DNA of 64,000 nucleotides from Octopus sinensis (lineage: Eukaryota), in assembly GCF_006345805.1 (NCBI RefSeq), contig NC_042997.1:182528001-182592000 (forward strand), in the 5' to 3' direction. Under the pieces are notes generated by a model. It was not told where the DNA came from. It saw only the letters and a list, made by a program, of their open reading frames with translations, and made no database searches. The position numbers were made by a program, and so were the translations under genes. Positions 51,991 through 64,000 of this stretch are shown one piece after another (position 1 is the stretch's first letter; the number at the start of each line of letters is the position of its first letter).

Positions 51991-52887
51991 GACAGATGGT
52001 CTGCTTTTGTGAATAATTTCTTGTATAATTTTTGTTGTTGGTCATGTTATGTATCAAGGATTCAGGAAAAGAATGGCAAACTTTCAGAGGAGGAGGAGAA
52101 AGCAGTGTTTCTACTAAAATTGTGGTTTTCCATGCATACTAGTGGTCCATTTTGGAATGATATTATAATCCTCCTGCTGAAAGGAGCTGAATTGGTTGAA
52201 ATGCACCTCTTGGATAATCAATATGAGGAATGACCTGACAATGGGGAGGAGTAGCATCCCAAACATGGTGAAAGGGAAGGTGATGCCAAAAGTTCAAGAA
52301 CCACTGTCCTGTACATGTTTATACCATAGTTTTCAGTGTATGACCCATGGCTTCTTTCTGCCAAATGAGCATAAATGGGTCTTACGTAGTTGTTAATACA
52401 GGATGCTCAGGATATTTTCAGATTGTTTTCATTTCTCATTTGTTTTGTAACCAGTTGATCAACTGATTCCCCATATTTTCATGTGTATTTATTATATCCC
52501 AATGAGGCATTGCCTGGATTAAGGTGTGACTTTTGGGCTGCAGGTGTATGGGTATTTCAGTTCATAGTCTTGAAATTACGGTACACAAATGTATGTCATT
52601 TTCTCCTAGTTGATTATCCTGCATTTTATAGGGAACCGTAAATCATCAAAAAGACTGTAAGGGGACTGGCGCATAAAACGTTTTGAAAAATTTGAGAACC
52701 ACTATTATAACCATTAAGAAGAAGCCTAGTCTTTGCAATATAGTTTAGCAATACTATAAATTTGAGGTCTCAATTAGAGATCTGGCATAAAGTATTTCCA
52801 GTGCATCTTATCCCATAACTAGCCCCATCTTCTGACAAAATGATGATGTTGAAATCCAAATAGCTTTGCAGTTCAATTTTACCTGCA

Positions 52888-53110
52888 ACTGCCACATAAA
52901 AAGCACTGGTGATGGTGCCACATTAAAAGCACCCAGTACACTCTGTAAAGTGGTTGGCATTAGGAAGGGTATCCAACTGTAGAAACCATGCCAAAGCAGA
53001 AAATGGAATCTGGTACAGCTCCCAGCCTTGTCAGCTTCTGTCAAACCATCCAACCCATGTTAGTATGGAAAACGAACATTAAATGATGATGAGGAGGATG
53101 CTGATGATGA
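52888..53110 (+). mobile_element. Family A-related SINE copy
   Basis: GCCACATAAAAAGCAC and GGTGCCACATTAAAAGCACCCAGTACACTCTGTAAAGTGGTTGG; tail AAACGAACATTAAATGATGATGAG. Confidence 0.8.
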
Positions 53111-54116
53111 TATTTATTTTAGCTGTCATTTTCTGTGTAAAAAAAATACCTTCTTGAAGTAACCCCATATGAACTTGTAAGGTAGTTTACTTTGTAGTTC
53201 CTGGCCTTACTGAAGTGACAGTAGAATCTCCCTTAAGATAACATTAATACTATCAGGAAAAACAAATCTTAAAACAGACCTTAAATTTCTCCAAGGACAA
53301 TATCCCCTGTTAGAAAAAAAATAGGTTGACTGGTTACTGCTTGATTACTTTTCATACAGAGTTGATGTTAGTCAACAAGAAAAACACAGCTCCAAAATTT
53401 ATTTTTAGCTTTTATTTTCTTGAATTAATCTGTTTTGGTTAGATTAAGTTTTAAAATTTCCATAATCTTCTAATTGAAAGCTTTCATTTGTACTTAAATC
53501 TCCACTCATCACATCACTCCAGGTGTTAACAGCATGGTTTAATTGGCAATGTTGTGCCCCCTTCAGTATAACATCTGTTTTTCCATACCAAACTTAAGGT
53601 TAGAATCTGGCATGGAATTTGTAATATACTCTGGTCAAATTAGATGTTAATTCCTATACTGCTTCTTTCTTTCTTTTTCTTTACCTTAGCACATTTGGTA
53701 CCATTAAGTTGTTACAGTGCTAACACTAAACCAATCTAAATGGTGGACAACAACTCTCTTAACAAGCTATATAAAGCAGCTTGTGATAATTGAAACCAAT
53801 GTTAAGATATTGACATAGCAACTATTCTTGATTTTGTTTACATTTTGTTTTCTATTTGTTTGTTTGTTTTCACTTCCTGTTAATTAATGTCCACAAGTCT
53901 CACTTTTAAGTAGTTAGAAAATTGTAATTATTTTTTTCCTCTTTCAAAGTCAATTTCTTCTTAAATTATAAAATTAAAAATTTTACTGTTTATTCTGAAA
54001 GTATTCCTTAATTCCAGACTGTTTATTCTAAAAAGATAACCTCATTGAAGGATTGTTTTATATCCATATGTAAATATTCTTAGTTTTCAGTTTCAACAAG
54101 CAAATGTAAGGAGTCT

Positions 54117-54285
54117 TCATCATTATCATTTAACATCTGTCTTCCCTGCTGGCATGGGTTAGACAGTTTGACTGGAGCTGCTAAGCTGGAGAACTGCACC
54201 AGGATCCAGTTGTCCATTTTGGTTTGGTTTCTACAGTTGGATGCCATTCCTTACACTAACCACTTTACAGAGTGTACTGGGTGTT
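54117..54285 (-). mobile_element. Family A-related SINE copy
   Basis: Reverse-orientation tail CATCATTATCATTTAACATC..GCTGGCATGGGTTAGAC. Confidence 0.75.
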
Positions 54286-54730
54286 AATTTTAAAATTTCA
54301 TAATTAAGAATATTGAGGATAATAATTAATCAGTTGGTATCTACTTTTTTTCATATTATGTCCATTGATTTTTGCAATGTGGGTACATTGAAAAACATTG
54401 ATAAAGTTAACTGAAACAGAAGTTGGCTTTGATATATCTGCCTACAATATAAAAAGAAATTGTTTATGAACTTCGATAAACCTCTATAAAAACATTTTCT
54501 TAGTAGTATTTCTTTATGTATACAAGTAGATATCCCAATTTTATCTCTTACTAGGGTCATATCTGTGGAGTGATTGACTCAGAATTTATAGTCCCTGCTA
54601 TGTGGATTTATGTTTGTTTTCTCCTATTTATTTGGATAAAATGAATTCATATCCCACAATAAGTAAAATGTTCATATGTATAATTTGCCTGTGCATGTAT
54701 GTATGAATATAAATGAATGTATTCATTGCA

Positions 54731-55085
54731 CATCATCATCGTTTAACGTCCGTTCTCCATGCTAGCATGGGTTGGACGGTTCAACCGGGGATCTGGGAAG
54801 CCAGAAGGCTGCACCAGGCTCCAGTCTTATCTGGCAATGTTTCTACAGCTGGATGCCCTTCCTAACGCCAACCACTCCGTGAGTGTAGTGGGTGCTTTTT
54901 ACGTGCCACCTGCACTGGTGCCAGGCGAGGCTGGCATCGGCCACGGTCGGATTGGTGCTTTTTACGTGCCACCGACATGGAAGCCAGTCGAGGCGGCGCT
55001 GGCATCAGCCACGATTCGGATAGTGCTTTTTACATATCTCCAGTTCAGGGGTCCTGGCATCTGCCGGGTGCCAGTCATAGGATTG
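54731..55085 (-). mobile_element. Young family A SINE copy with three array units
   Basis: CATCATCATCGTTTAACGTCCG tail; GTGCTTTTTAC cores at about 54893, 54955 and 55023. Confidence 0.88.
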
Positions 55086-56820
55086 GTTCAATTTCGATTC
55101 CGATTTCATATCATCATATTAATGCCCACTTTTTTTCAGTTGGCATTTTGGCAATGTATTGGGTAGGTCTGTTGTACAACACATCATCACTATCCTCTAA
55201 GTGGACCAATATCCTAAGACCTAACCACTTTTTTCTCATCTTGGTCTTTCACTACCATATGAACCAATCTCTTACATAAATTAGAACCATATCAGGAGAT
55301 TTAGCTACCTTCTACTCAATTTCATGAAACCAAAGCAATGAGACTTATAATTTATTCATCTTTGGAACTTTGAAAAACATTTCCTTTACTTTTGGTTGTA
55401 ACCACGCTGATTATGCTAAAAAATTATTGATATATTTTTTATCTCTGCATTGTTTTTAGTTCAAGCATTTGGTAGATTCTATTGATTTCTCTTAGCTAGC
55501 TAGAATGAAGTTTTATTTTGTAAGGTTTATTATATTATGTGAAAGAAAATGATGTGGGTAGAGTTGAAACATTTAGTACTTGTTAAATATTCTTGAAATT
55601 GCTCAGACTGCTTCTTGTTGATAAAGTAGCTGCTTACAAATAACTCCTCTATATTTCCTGTTTTCTGGTCAGTATATATATATATGTCTGTGTGTGACCA
55701 TTATTGAAATATTCTCCGCTAGTACGTGTATTTAACAGGATGTTATACATCTTTCCGGTAATTTGAATGTCTTTCCCACATCGTAATTAAGTATGTGTTC
55801 ACCTTCTTTAACAAAATAATAATACTAATAATAATTTAAGGAGAACAAAGTAATAAACATATCTTGTTTGTTTTTAAACTCAAGATCCTGTCTCCTCTGG
55901 TTTCAGCTAAAGGTGACTTGTATAAATATTGTCTAAATTGTTTTCATTTTGGGAGTGGTACATAAATTCTTTGAAAATTAAATATTGTTTTCTCTCTCTC
56001 TCTCTCTCTCTCTCCCTCCCTCCTTTTTTATGTATTTTATTTTCAAGTATTGTTAAACAGCTAACCATTCTGGTTTGAAGAAGGTTCCAATAATTTGATG
56101 TTGAAATTGCTAGCTGGTCCCTAAATCGTCCAGACTTAGAGTTAAACAGTATACTAGATTAACCATAATCCCCATTTGTTGTTTTTTTTTGTCTCTGCTG
56201 TTCTTACTTTCTGTGTGTATGATTGTCTCTCTCTTCCTGTTGAGATTTACTGATCTTTGTTTTTAGGAGAAAAGGTGTTTGACAAAAGAACTTAGTGGGC
56301 ATTAGGAATTGAGAAGTAGAAATGTACTAAGGTTATACATGTAGCCATTTGTTAAGGTACAACAATTGACACTTCTTGTGTTTATCGGGGAAGAATCAGA
56401 AATAGAATTTTATGTTTTAGTTTATCTTGACAAGTGACGTAATGTGCAATTGTGCCTTGAAACTAAAGCAGTTACTATCAGTGACTAAATCAAGATTTAT
56501 GACATTTGTTTGTAACCATAGTATACTAGCAAATGCACCTGTCCTTTGGATGGTGTAATTTATTATAATAGTGCACTCCTGTGGACAGTTTAAGTTGAAT
56601 TAGTCTACAGTTAGAAGTTGTTTCAAGATATAAAATATATAATTACCATTTTCACTAGCAGTTTATGATATGGTATTAAGCAACTAAGGTAATAAATAAA
56701 GTTTTTTGAACACAAATTTGGCAGTTAGTAAGTAATAAATGAAAGGCCATGAAATGAGATTACAATAAGCATTAGGGATCCTATATCTTACTTGAAGCGT
56801 TTTGTATTGTAGTTATTTTT

Positions 56821-58183
56821 CTTGTAATGCCTGACACAACCGCATTGAAGCCTTTTTCCAATGAAAGTCATGTATGATAAAGAATACCAAACACACAAAT
56901 AGAATAATGGCATGTACAAAAATAAATATCAGAGCACGTTTATGAGCGAACAGTGTGTGTAAAGTAAGAAGGATCAATGAAAGTAATGTACTGTTAACAG
57001 CAATCAGGGAAATGAAGCAAAATAGCAATGAAATGCTTGCAGAAAGTCTGATTGCTAATGGCTACAGTTTGGTGTAGATGTGAAGATTGCAGTAGAGGAA
57101 TAACTACTGTAGGGCTGCTTTGTAAACAACATTTTTGGTTTTTCCTTCAGGATCATAGCTGAATAAGTTGTCTGGATGGCCAACTCTGGAACAACTGACG
57201 TAGAACTGTCCATGAGAAAAGCACGACATTCGAAGATCCAATTTGACAACTCTCAGTGACTGACTTTGTGCTTTGTTTATTGTTATAGCAAAGCTGAGTT
57301 TGAGAGGGAACTGAAGTCTCTGCATAGGGTAGGAGCAGTCTGTTGAGGTTAGCATAGGGTAGGAGCAGTCTTTTGGGGTCAGAATGAAAATTGTATCATT
57401 TCTGCTGTGTCCTGTGATAATTTGGGCTTCAATGACATGGTCCATTATTTGTTTGACCATTGCATAGTATGGGTGCATTTAGGTTGCATAGGACAGGGCA
57501 ACCGACTTTTAAGTGAAGTTCATGGGGAGGCAGTCCTGGAGGATCTTGGGAGCTGAGAAATTCTGTTGGAAAGTGTGTAACCTGATCAAGGTTGGTAATA
57601 GTGTCAACTGATCTGTAACAGTGTTCTTGAGAAGGTAGGTGACTGAGTAAGTCGTAGTTAAGAGTGTTGACAGCTTCATTTGTAGGTGCAAGAACAGCAT
57701 TGCCGTGAAGCCAACCTGGTTTTATGTATTCTGTTGTAAGATTTGGGTAAACGGCACACCATAAGTCATCAGGGCTGGAGACAGTGTGGCCAATGGCGTG
57801 AGTGTCAATGTATCCATTGTCATCGGACATAATTTGTCCATTGCTGATTTTCCAAAAACTGGATTGTAGGCTAACCAGTTGGTAGGAGTGATCTCATGTT
57901 GATGGTGAGTTGTTTCAATTGGACATGCAACCAAAGAAGGAATTTTTTAAGGCAGGTATTAAGTTCATCAGTGCATGTCCCTTTGGGTTATAATAGGCAG
58001 AGTTTGTCGAAAATCTCCTGCAAGTAGCCACACCTCCAAGGATGTTGTTCGATCCAAGGTCTCTCGTTGTTATCAAGTGCTTATAGGGAACATTTATGGG
58101 ACATAGTTGCTTCATCCCAAACAATGAGATTGCACGTTTTCAAAATTGTTGCTTCGTCCAAGGAATGCATCATGTGGCACAGG
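56821..58183 (-). mobile_element. Helitron 3' fragment (PIF1-like helicase C-terminal half)
   Basis: LIVWDEATMSHK (motif II), VLAPTNEAVNTLN, FPTEFL..PPGLPPHELHLKVGCP, QFPLKLSFAITINKAQSQSL, FSHGQFYVSCSRV and KTKNVVYKAALQ*. A degenerate terminal hairpin-like segment at about 56821-56845 is inferred. Confidence 0.9.
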
Positions 58184-58400
58184 CAGTGTTGCCAACTTAA
58201 AATCAAAAGTTTATGCTAAATTTCAGTAGAAAAAATACCAAAAAAACTGCTAAAAAATGCTAAATATGACAAAAAATACTATAGACTAATTATATCAAAA
58301 AGCTTAATTTTTATTTACATTTTTATTTACTTTCTTTAATTATATTCAGTATTGAGAAATAATTTCTTGAATTTCATTGATTTGATCACTTTCAACTGCA
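58184..58400 (+). mobile_element. Left end of a DNA-transposon-derived MITE (hAT-like), partner end not found
   Basis: Begins CAGTGTTGCCAAC exactly where Helitron homology stops, followed by repeated GCTAAA subterminal motifs. Confidence 0.45.
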
Positions 58401-58899
58401 GTAGGTCTTGACTCCTGTATACATTACAGGACAAATGCAGATACAAAGACAAATTCGTAGACTTATGTACATATATATATACAATGGGCTGATGATGGGC
58501 TTCCACCACTCACAAGGTTTTGGTTGGCCAGAGGCTATAGTAGAAGATGCTTGCCCAAGGTGTCATACAGTGGGACTGAACCTGGAACCATGTGATTGGG
58601 AAGCAATCTTCTTATCACACAACTACTCCTTGTTTTCATAAAATACTATCAGTCATTATGAAAATAGTTTTCTCTTTAGTATATCCTCAGTATTGGCGTG
58701 TACATCACACAGAATGGAAAATGCTTTACTGATTTGGAAAAAATAAACAAGTGGAAACTACATATTAACTTGCCTGCTTGTATGTATGCACACATACTCA
58801 CACATATTTATATTGATCTTACCAGTTACCAACCTATTGCTTTCACTTTCAATATCTCGATGATGATGGAAATGGTCATAAATAACTACCTCTTATCGT

Positions 58900-59810
58900 C
58901 TTGACTTTCTTTTCATTTATGGTGGGTACCAGTATGAGTTTCATAAAGCTAGATCCGCCTTTATATATCACATATAGGAGTGTCTCACTTTTGAGCACTC
59001 AACTGGCCACAGTGTTGTTACTTTAAACATCAGAGAAGCCTTTGTCATCAGCACAAGAATCTAAGGACTCACCCTTCTTAAATGAAAAGTTTTGAGTTAG
59101 TTTCATTTTAGAATCTCCCTTCTCCTCTTTGTCTGACTCTAATGCACTTCAGTTTTCAGTTAATTCTCCTCAATCTTCAATGTTCTTGTTGAAACATCTA
59201 ATCACACCACTTCACAGATGACACCTTTCATCCCTTAGTAACCATTCCCTCAAGGGTATGATCCACATGCCAGCAAACAAACATTCATGTCTCATATGCT
59301 GTGGATCCTTTAATGGTGAATCAACCCGAAAGCCTCTATGTAGTTGTGTGACTTGCTAAAAGTAGCAGCCAAATCATATCAAATTTTTGTACCATCTGGA
59401 AAAATACAAATAGACATATTAAATAATATAGTCCAATACCTGACAGAATAGATAAACTGCTCACTGATGGAATGCCTTTGATCATAGGTCTGCTTGGTAA
59501 AGGTTGACCTTGGGCTAAATAACATGTAGTGGTGGCATAATAACCTGCTCACAGCATATATTAGGGAAACATTTTCCTGAACTCGTGATACTTTTCCAAT
59601 ACAAATGTTAAGTCTCAAATACCTTCAACATCCCTAATGTTCCCCCACCACTCACCAAAAAAAAAAAAAAGAACCTGGTTCTTTCTAAACACCTTGTTCC
59701 AATCCTCTACCTCAGAATGGCAACACTCTGGAACTCCCTCTCACCCATATTTTCATTACAGGCATCAACTTACAGAAGTTGGAGTTTATTATCAACCACA
59801 TCAATCTCGA
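58900..59810 (+). mobile_element. Decayed CR1/Jockey-type LINE ORF2 3' part, interrupted by a SINE relic at about 59330-59560
   Basis: DDT motif near 59215 and LWNSL..HIF / INHINL near 59725-59790. Confidence 0.55.
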
Positions 59811-61147
59811 AACGTCAGTAAATTGTATGGGTACTGTTCTTCCGTGGACTAAAAAGTATAAATTTGTGTGTAAATATATACTGTTTTGAGTTAACTTTTT
59901 TGTTATTGCTTGAATGGAGTTTTACATTTCTATATTAGTGTTTAAGCAAGTAAAATTTAGGAAAAAAAATGTACATTAGCTATAGAATCAAGTCTCTATT
60001 ATCATTCAACCATAGTTTGCTGGTCTTAAGAGGAATCTGAGGAAAGGGAAGCAGTTTCCTTTCTCTTTATACTTAGGTTTAGAAGTGTAAATGAGAGATA
60101 TTGGCACTGCTTATCTAGCTGGAAAAATGTTTTTACATGCTGAGTTTGACAGGTCTAGAAAATGGCTTCTTTCTATCTTGTTATTTCTTTATCTATCTGC
60201 CCTAAGTTCCAATAAATGCTATCTGTGTCACATTTAATTGGGTAAACTTATTTTTATGATTTTTTATTGAATTCTCTAAGACGGATTTCTAAACCAAAAC
60301 GTTTAAGAAAGATAAATGTAAATCACATATTTTTCTGTATGCTTAATACGAATTCCCTTTTGTATTCCTTACCCACCTTTCATGGATAGATATTACCTCT
60401 ATTGATAGTTCATGTTCATATTTTTTTTTAATTGGTCAGAATAAAAAAATTATATATTATCAGTTAATCCAATTGAATAAGACTATTTAGATTTTCATAG
60501 ACGTTATCACTTGTACATTTTACCTTCTTCTGTTTTTCCTTTACACTTTTTTTTTTTCATTATTAACCTGTGATAAGAATTGATAAAATCAAACCACATA
60601 GGCAATCAGCAGTAAGATTTTAGTGCTATTAAGTTATAACCAGAAGAGATTGAATAGCAGTAGTTAATGGCAACAGAATTGTGATGGTGAACAGAGTACA
60701 AAATTCTATCAACTAATATACTAGTTCCTAGAAACTCAACTACTAGTTGTAAACTTTTAGGTGGGGCGCACATGCTTGCACATAGATTCATAGGAATAGA
60801 CTTTACAGCATGTTGCTATTTAGCTATTGCCTCTCCTCTAATGCTCTCTTCCCCTCCCTCTTTTCTCTCTCACTCTCTTCTAAACACAAGTGCTCCTCTG
60901 GTGAATAAGTGTATGAATGTATCATACCTCTTCTCCATCTAGCTCACTGTCTGTTTCTTCAAGTTCCAGAAGTAAAGAAGGAAGGAAAGAAAAAAGTTTA
61001 TACAGCTTTTTTCAGGCAACTATCCTTTCAACTAGTAGCAGTAGTCCAAAACACATGACTAATTGGTATTGCTAATAACAGCAGCTGAAGACAGCTTTTT
61101 TTTTCTCTCTCTCTCTCTTTCCTTTCTGTGTTATACGAAATTCAAAG

Positions 61148-61204
61148 AAACTTTCGGATATGGTTTACAAAAGTAATAAGAATACACTGGAAAAAAAATT
61201 GAAG
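61148..61204 (+). CDS. 57-nt phase 0-0 exon (KLSDMVYKSNKNTLEKKLK), tentatively the next RAPGEF1/C3G-like exon; could instead be an alternative first exon from ATG 61160
   Basis: An AG-free pyrimidine-rich tract of about 50 nt ends CAAAG, the donor is AAG|GTATGT, and the frame is open and compatible with 33407-33591. TLEKKLK resembles my recall of fly TLETHVK and human LEEKEK just before the C3G ALxxF helix. Confidence 0.6.
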
Positions 61205-64000
61205 GTATGTTTTGTGTGTATATGTAATTTTATGTGGTTAAAAAATTTAGTTTACTTCTCAAACATTGCTATGTTTTAGGACTCTTGTTCATGTTGTGTT
61301 TATTTGTAGTGGATGAGAAGTATTTCCAGAGATAATTTATTATTATATAAATTGTATACGCAATTAATTATTATTGTTATCACAGCTAAACTCTGGGTAT
61401 GTTTATCTATGAAAGCTAAAATGTGTTGTAGTGTTTGGAAGATGTAAATATTTTGATAGTTATTTCACATGTATTCTTATTAGTACCTGCTCCAAGCTAA
61501 ATGGATCCAGAGTTCAGATTTTTGTAATATTGATTTTTGTCTTTTATCCATTTGTGGATTATGGCAAGAGAGTGAAATGAAGTACAATTGATATACCGTA
61601 AGATCACTTCATTCAACCAGACCTCATACCTACAAATTTGATTTTTTTGTTTCTGAGATAATTCATTATTATTGGTATTTTCATTTCACCTGACTTATTA
61701 TGGAATATATATTGTTTATAGCAAGAACTGCTAATATTTCTAAATAGTTTGCTTTATATTGATACAAATGAACTGCTGTCAAAGGGTTTTCTAGGTTTTA
61801 CAATTAAAATTTACTACAGAAGTGTGTTAAACTTTTTCACAATTTCTCATATTTAACTTTAAAAATGAAGCTTGTGGAATTTTTTAATTGGTAAAGTAAC
61901 AGCAAAAATAAAACAGCTATTATTTGTTTTATAAGCCACACACAACTTCCTTGGTATCATGTATTATTTTGATAGTAATTATTTGTTTTAGTTACATACA
62001 TCTAGAATATACTGCTGATTATTGTAATTCAGTTTTTATTTTCCTTGTTTTTGTGCGCTGCCAAATATTTTATTTCAACATTGAGAATGTTGTCTTATCA
62101 GTGGTTGCCGGAATTCTTGTTTACAGCTTACAAACATTAACAAATAGCTAGCATATTTTTTTGTAATCAAAATTGTATTTTCTTAAAGTCATATTGAGTA
62201 CATACTTTTGTCTGTTCTTCCTGTTTCAAAAGCTTTTTTTCTGTAAACATGTATTCGTATAAAAACTAAGGGTGTCAAATTTTTTTAATATTTCAAATAA
62301 TTTTATCCAATCTTATTTTAAGGAAGACAAATGGGATTGTTAAAATCTGGGTATTGATATATAAAATTTCTAATCTTAACAAAAATATATTATTTTGATA
62401 AAATTTAAATTGGGATCAGTTCCTCTATTATTATTAATCAAATCTGAACTTACAATCTAACAACCTGTTACTAGTTTATACAAACATAAGTTGGAAGAAA
62501 ATTACACATGATAAATTAACCATGTTTACAATTCTATCTTTCTTGGTTATATAAGTTTATTGTAATACCGGGAATGTTATTTTCAAAACCTCTCCTGTCC
62601 CTGTTTTTATTTTAGATATTTGTTTGGAGATTTTACACTAAAAACTCTAATTTTATGTCCCAGTTTTCACTTAGTTTTTGATATTGTGTATTTCCTCAAT
62701 ATGAAAAATAATCGTGTTTAACCCTGCCACTAAAGTTTATTTTTTCTTTCTGTTATGATAGTATTGAATTTCTGTATATCTTGGCTATCCCATAACATTG
62801 AAGTATTGTTACACCTCTCACTGCATTTATTAGTTCAATCCCTATGTTATTGCTTCTCTTTCAATCAGACAGGGTACCTTTACATAATAACTTGACTTGT
62901 TACAAATAGTAGTCAAACCTCTTTCAAAACACTTCCTAAACAAAGAACACATTGTATAAGATAGTCCTAGATACAATGTTTGAAAAAGGACAGGATGACC
63001 ATGACTGGCATATCTTTTCTTTTAGATCTCCTGATTCAGGTTTGACCTTGGGTTAAACAACAATTAGATTTGATGTTACAATTGAAAAAAAATGCATTTA
63101 CAGTTTTGTCTAAATCTATGATATACACTGTGATCTCCATTATCTTTATACTTTGAACTGGTAGCTTATATTAAGATAGGTAATTGCTTTAGTATATTCA
63201 AAAGTATGGCTGAATAGAGAAGAATGGAGAATAATAAAGAGACCTTTGCTCAAAAATTTATTTCCTACTGTTTATTGTCACAGAAATATAATTGTTGTGC
63301 TTGTGGTGCTCCAGATCAGCCTTCAGTGACCAGGTTGATAATCAAAGGTGTTCTAGCCATAATCACTCTATCTTTTATATATAGCTTAAACTGCATTATT
63401 TAATGTGCCTGCTTTTTATGATGATGTGTGTTTTGAGGGTAACTTTGCTGCTACTTCTAGCAGTTTGATCAACTACCTAGAGACTCACTTGTTGGCTTGC
63501 ACTGATATACTTGTTCTTGATATTTAGCCCTGGGTCTTACTACTAAGGCATTCAAGCTGTGACTATAATTCATCTCAAACTAAAATATGCTATGTCCTTT
63601 TTATTTTTATGACAGTATGATGTGATTTGAGAGACTTAACTGTTATTTCTATTGGGTGAAGCAACCTTGTAAAGACTTCTTTGTTGGTTCATCATAATGA
63701 TATAATATGCTTTAGTGGGCAAAATATATAGACTGGAAAAGGTGTAACACTATGAATACTTTTGTTGCTCTTAAAATGTTTTATTAGTGCTTGAGTGGCA
63801 GAAGTAGTAAAATAAAATAGAGAAAAATCCCCTGCACTATTTATTTACATCCCCCCTACATTATAAGTTCAAATTTCACCAATGTTGACGTTACCTCTTT
63901 TCTTTGTGCGTGTGTGGTGGGGGTTCATTAAAATAAGTACCAGTCAAGTATCAGGGGTGATACAGTTGACAGTACTTCTCACACAAAACATTTGTGAACT

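Larger units (their letters stand above)
49694..52704 (+). mobile_element. Complete hAT DNA transposon, Buster/Charlie-type
   Basis: TIRs CAGTGATTCTCAAA (49694) and TTTGAGAACCACTA (ending 52704). The 8-bp TSD TTCTAACC / TTATAACC has the central TA typical of the Buster group. Confidence 0.92.

Noticed and set aside
55739-55757. Possible micro-exon DVIHLS
   Set aside because: Ends in phase 1, so it cannot join the phase-0 exon at 61148; the acceptor is mediocre.

Overview
AT-rich, repeat-dense animal genomic DNA with very little protein-coding sequence. The SINE families match those I recall from octopus genomes, so the source is probably an octopod cephalopod (inference). Most ORFs in the supplied track are noise or transposon relics. 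Host gene content is sparse. A convincing 185-nt exon at 33407-33591 and an in-frame 57-nt exon at 61148-61204 together resemble the N-terminus of RAPGEF1/C3G (tentative, from recalled motifs). They follow a CpG-retaining, promoter-like region at about 30.2-33 kb. A probable terminal exon of an unidentified upstream gene lies at 26345-26421. Mobile elements: a mariner relic; a truncated Gypsy; a complete Mag-type Gypsy with LTRs, PBS, PPT and TSD but no RT/RNase H, carrying a nested TTAA MITE; a complete Buster/Charlie-type hAT with TIRs and an 8-bp TSD; a Helitron helicase fragment; several CR1/Jockey-type LINE pieces; and many SINE copies. The most unusual items are a ~100-bp piece of 28S rRNA (peptidyl-transferase centre) inside the hAT transposase, two long near-perfect hairpins abutting (TA)n tracts, a SINE with variable repeat/linker arrays, and inverted SINE pairs, one of which flanks the candidate exon. 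I found no clearly supportable new biological system. All coordinates and identities were read by hand.
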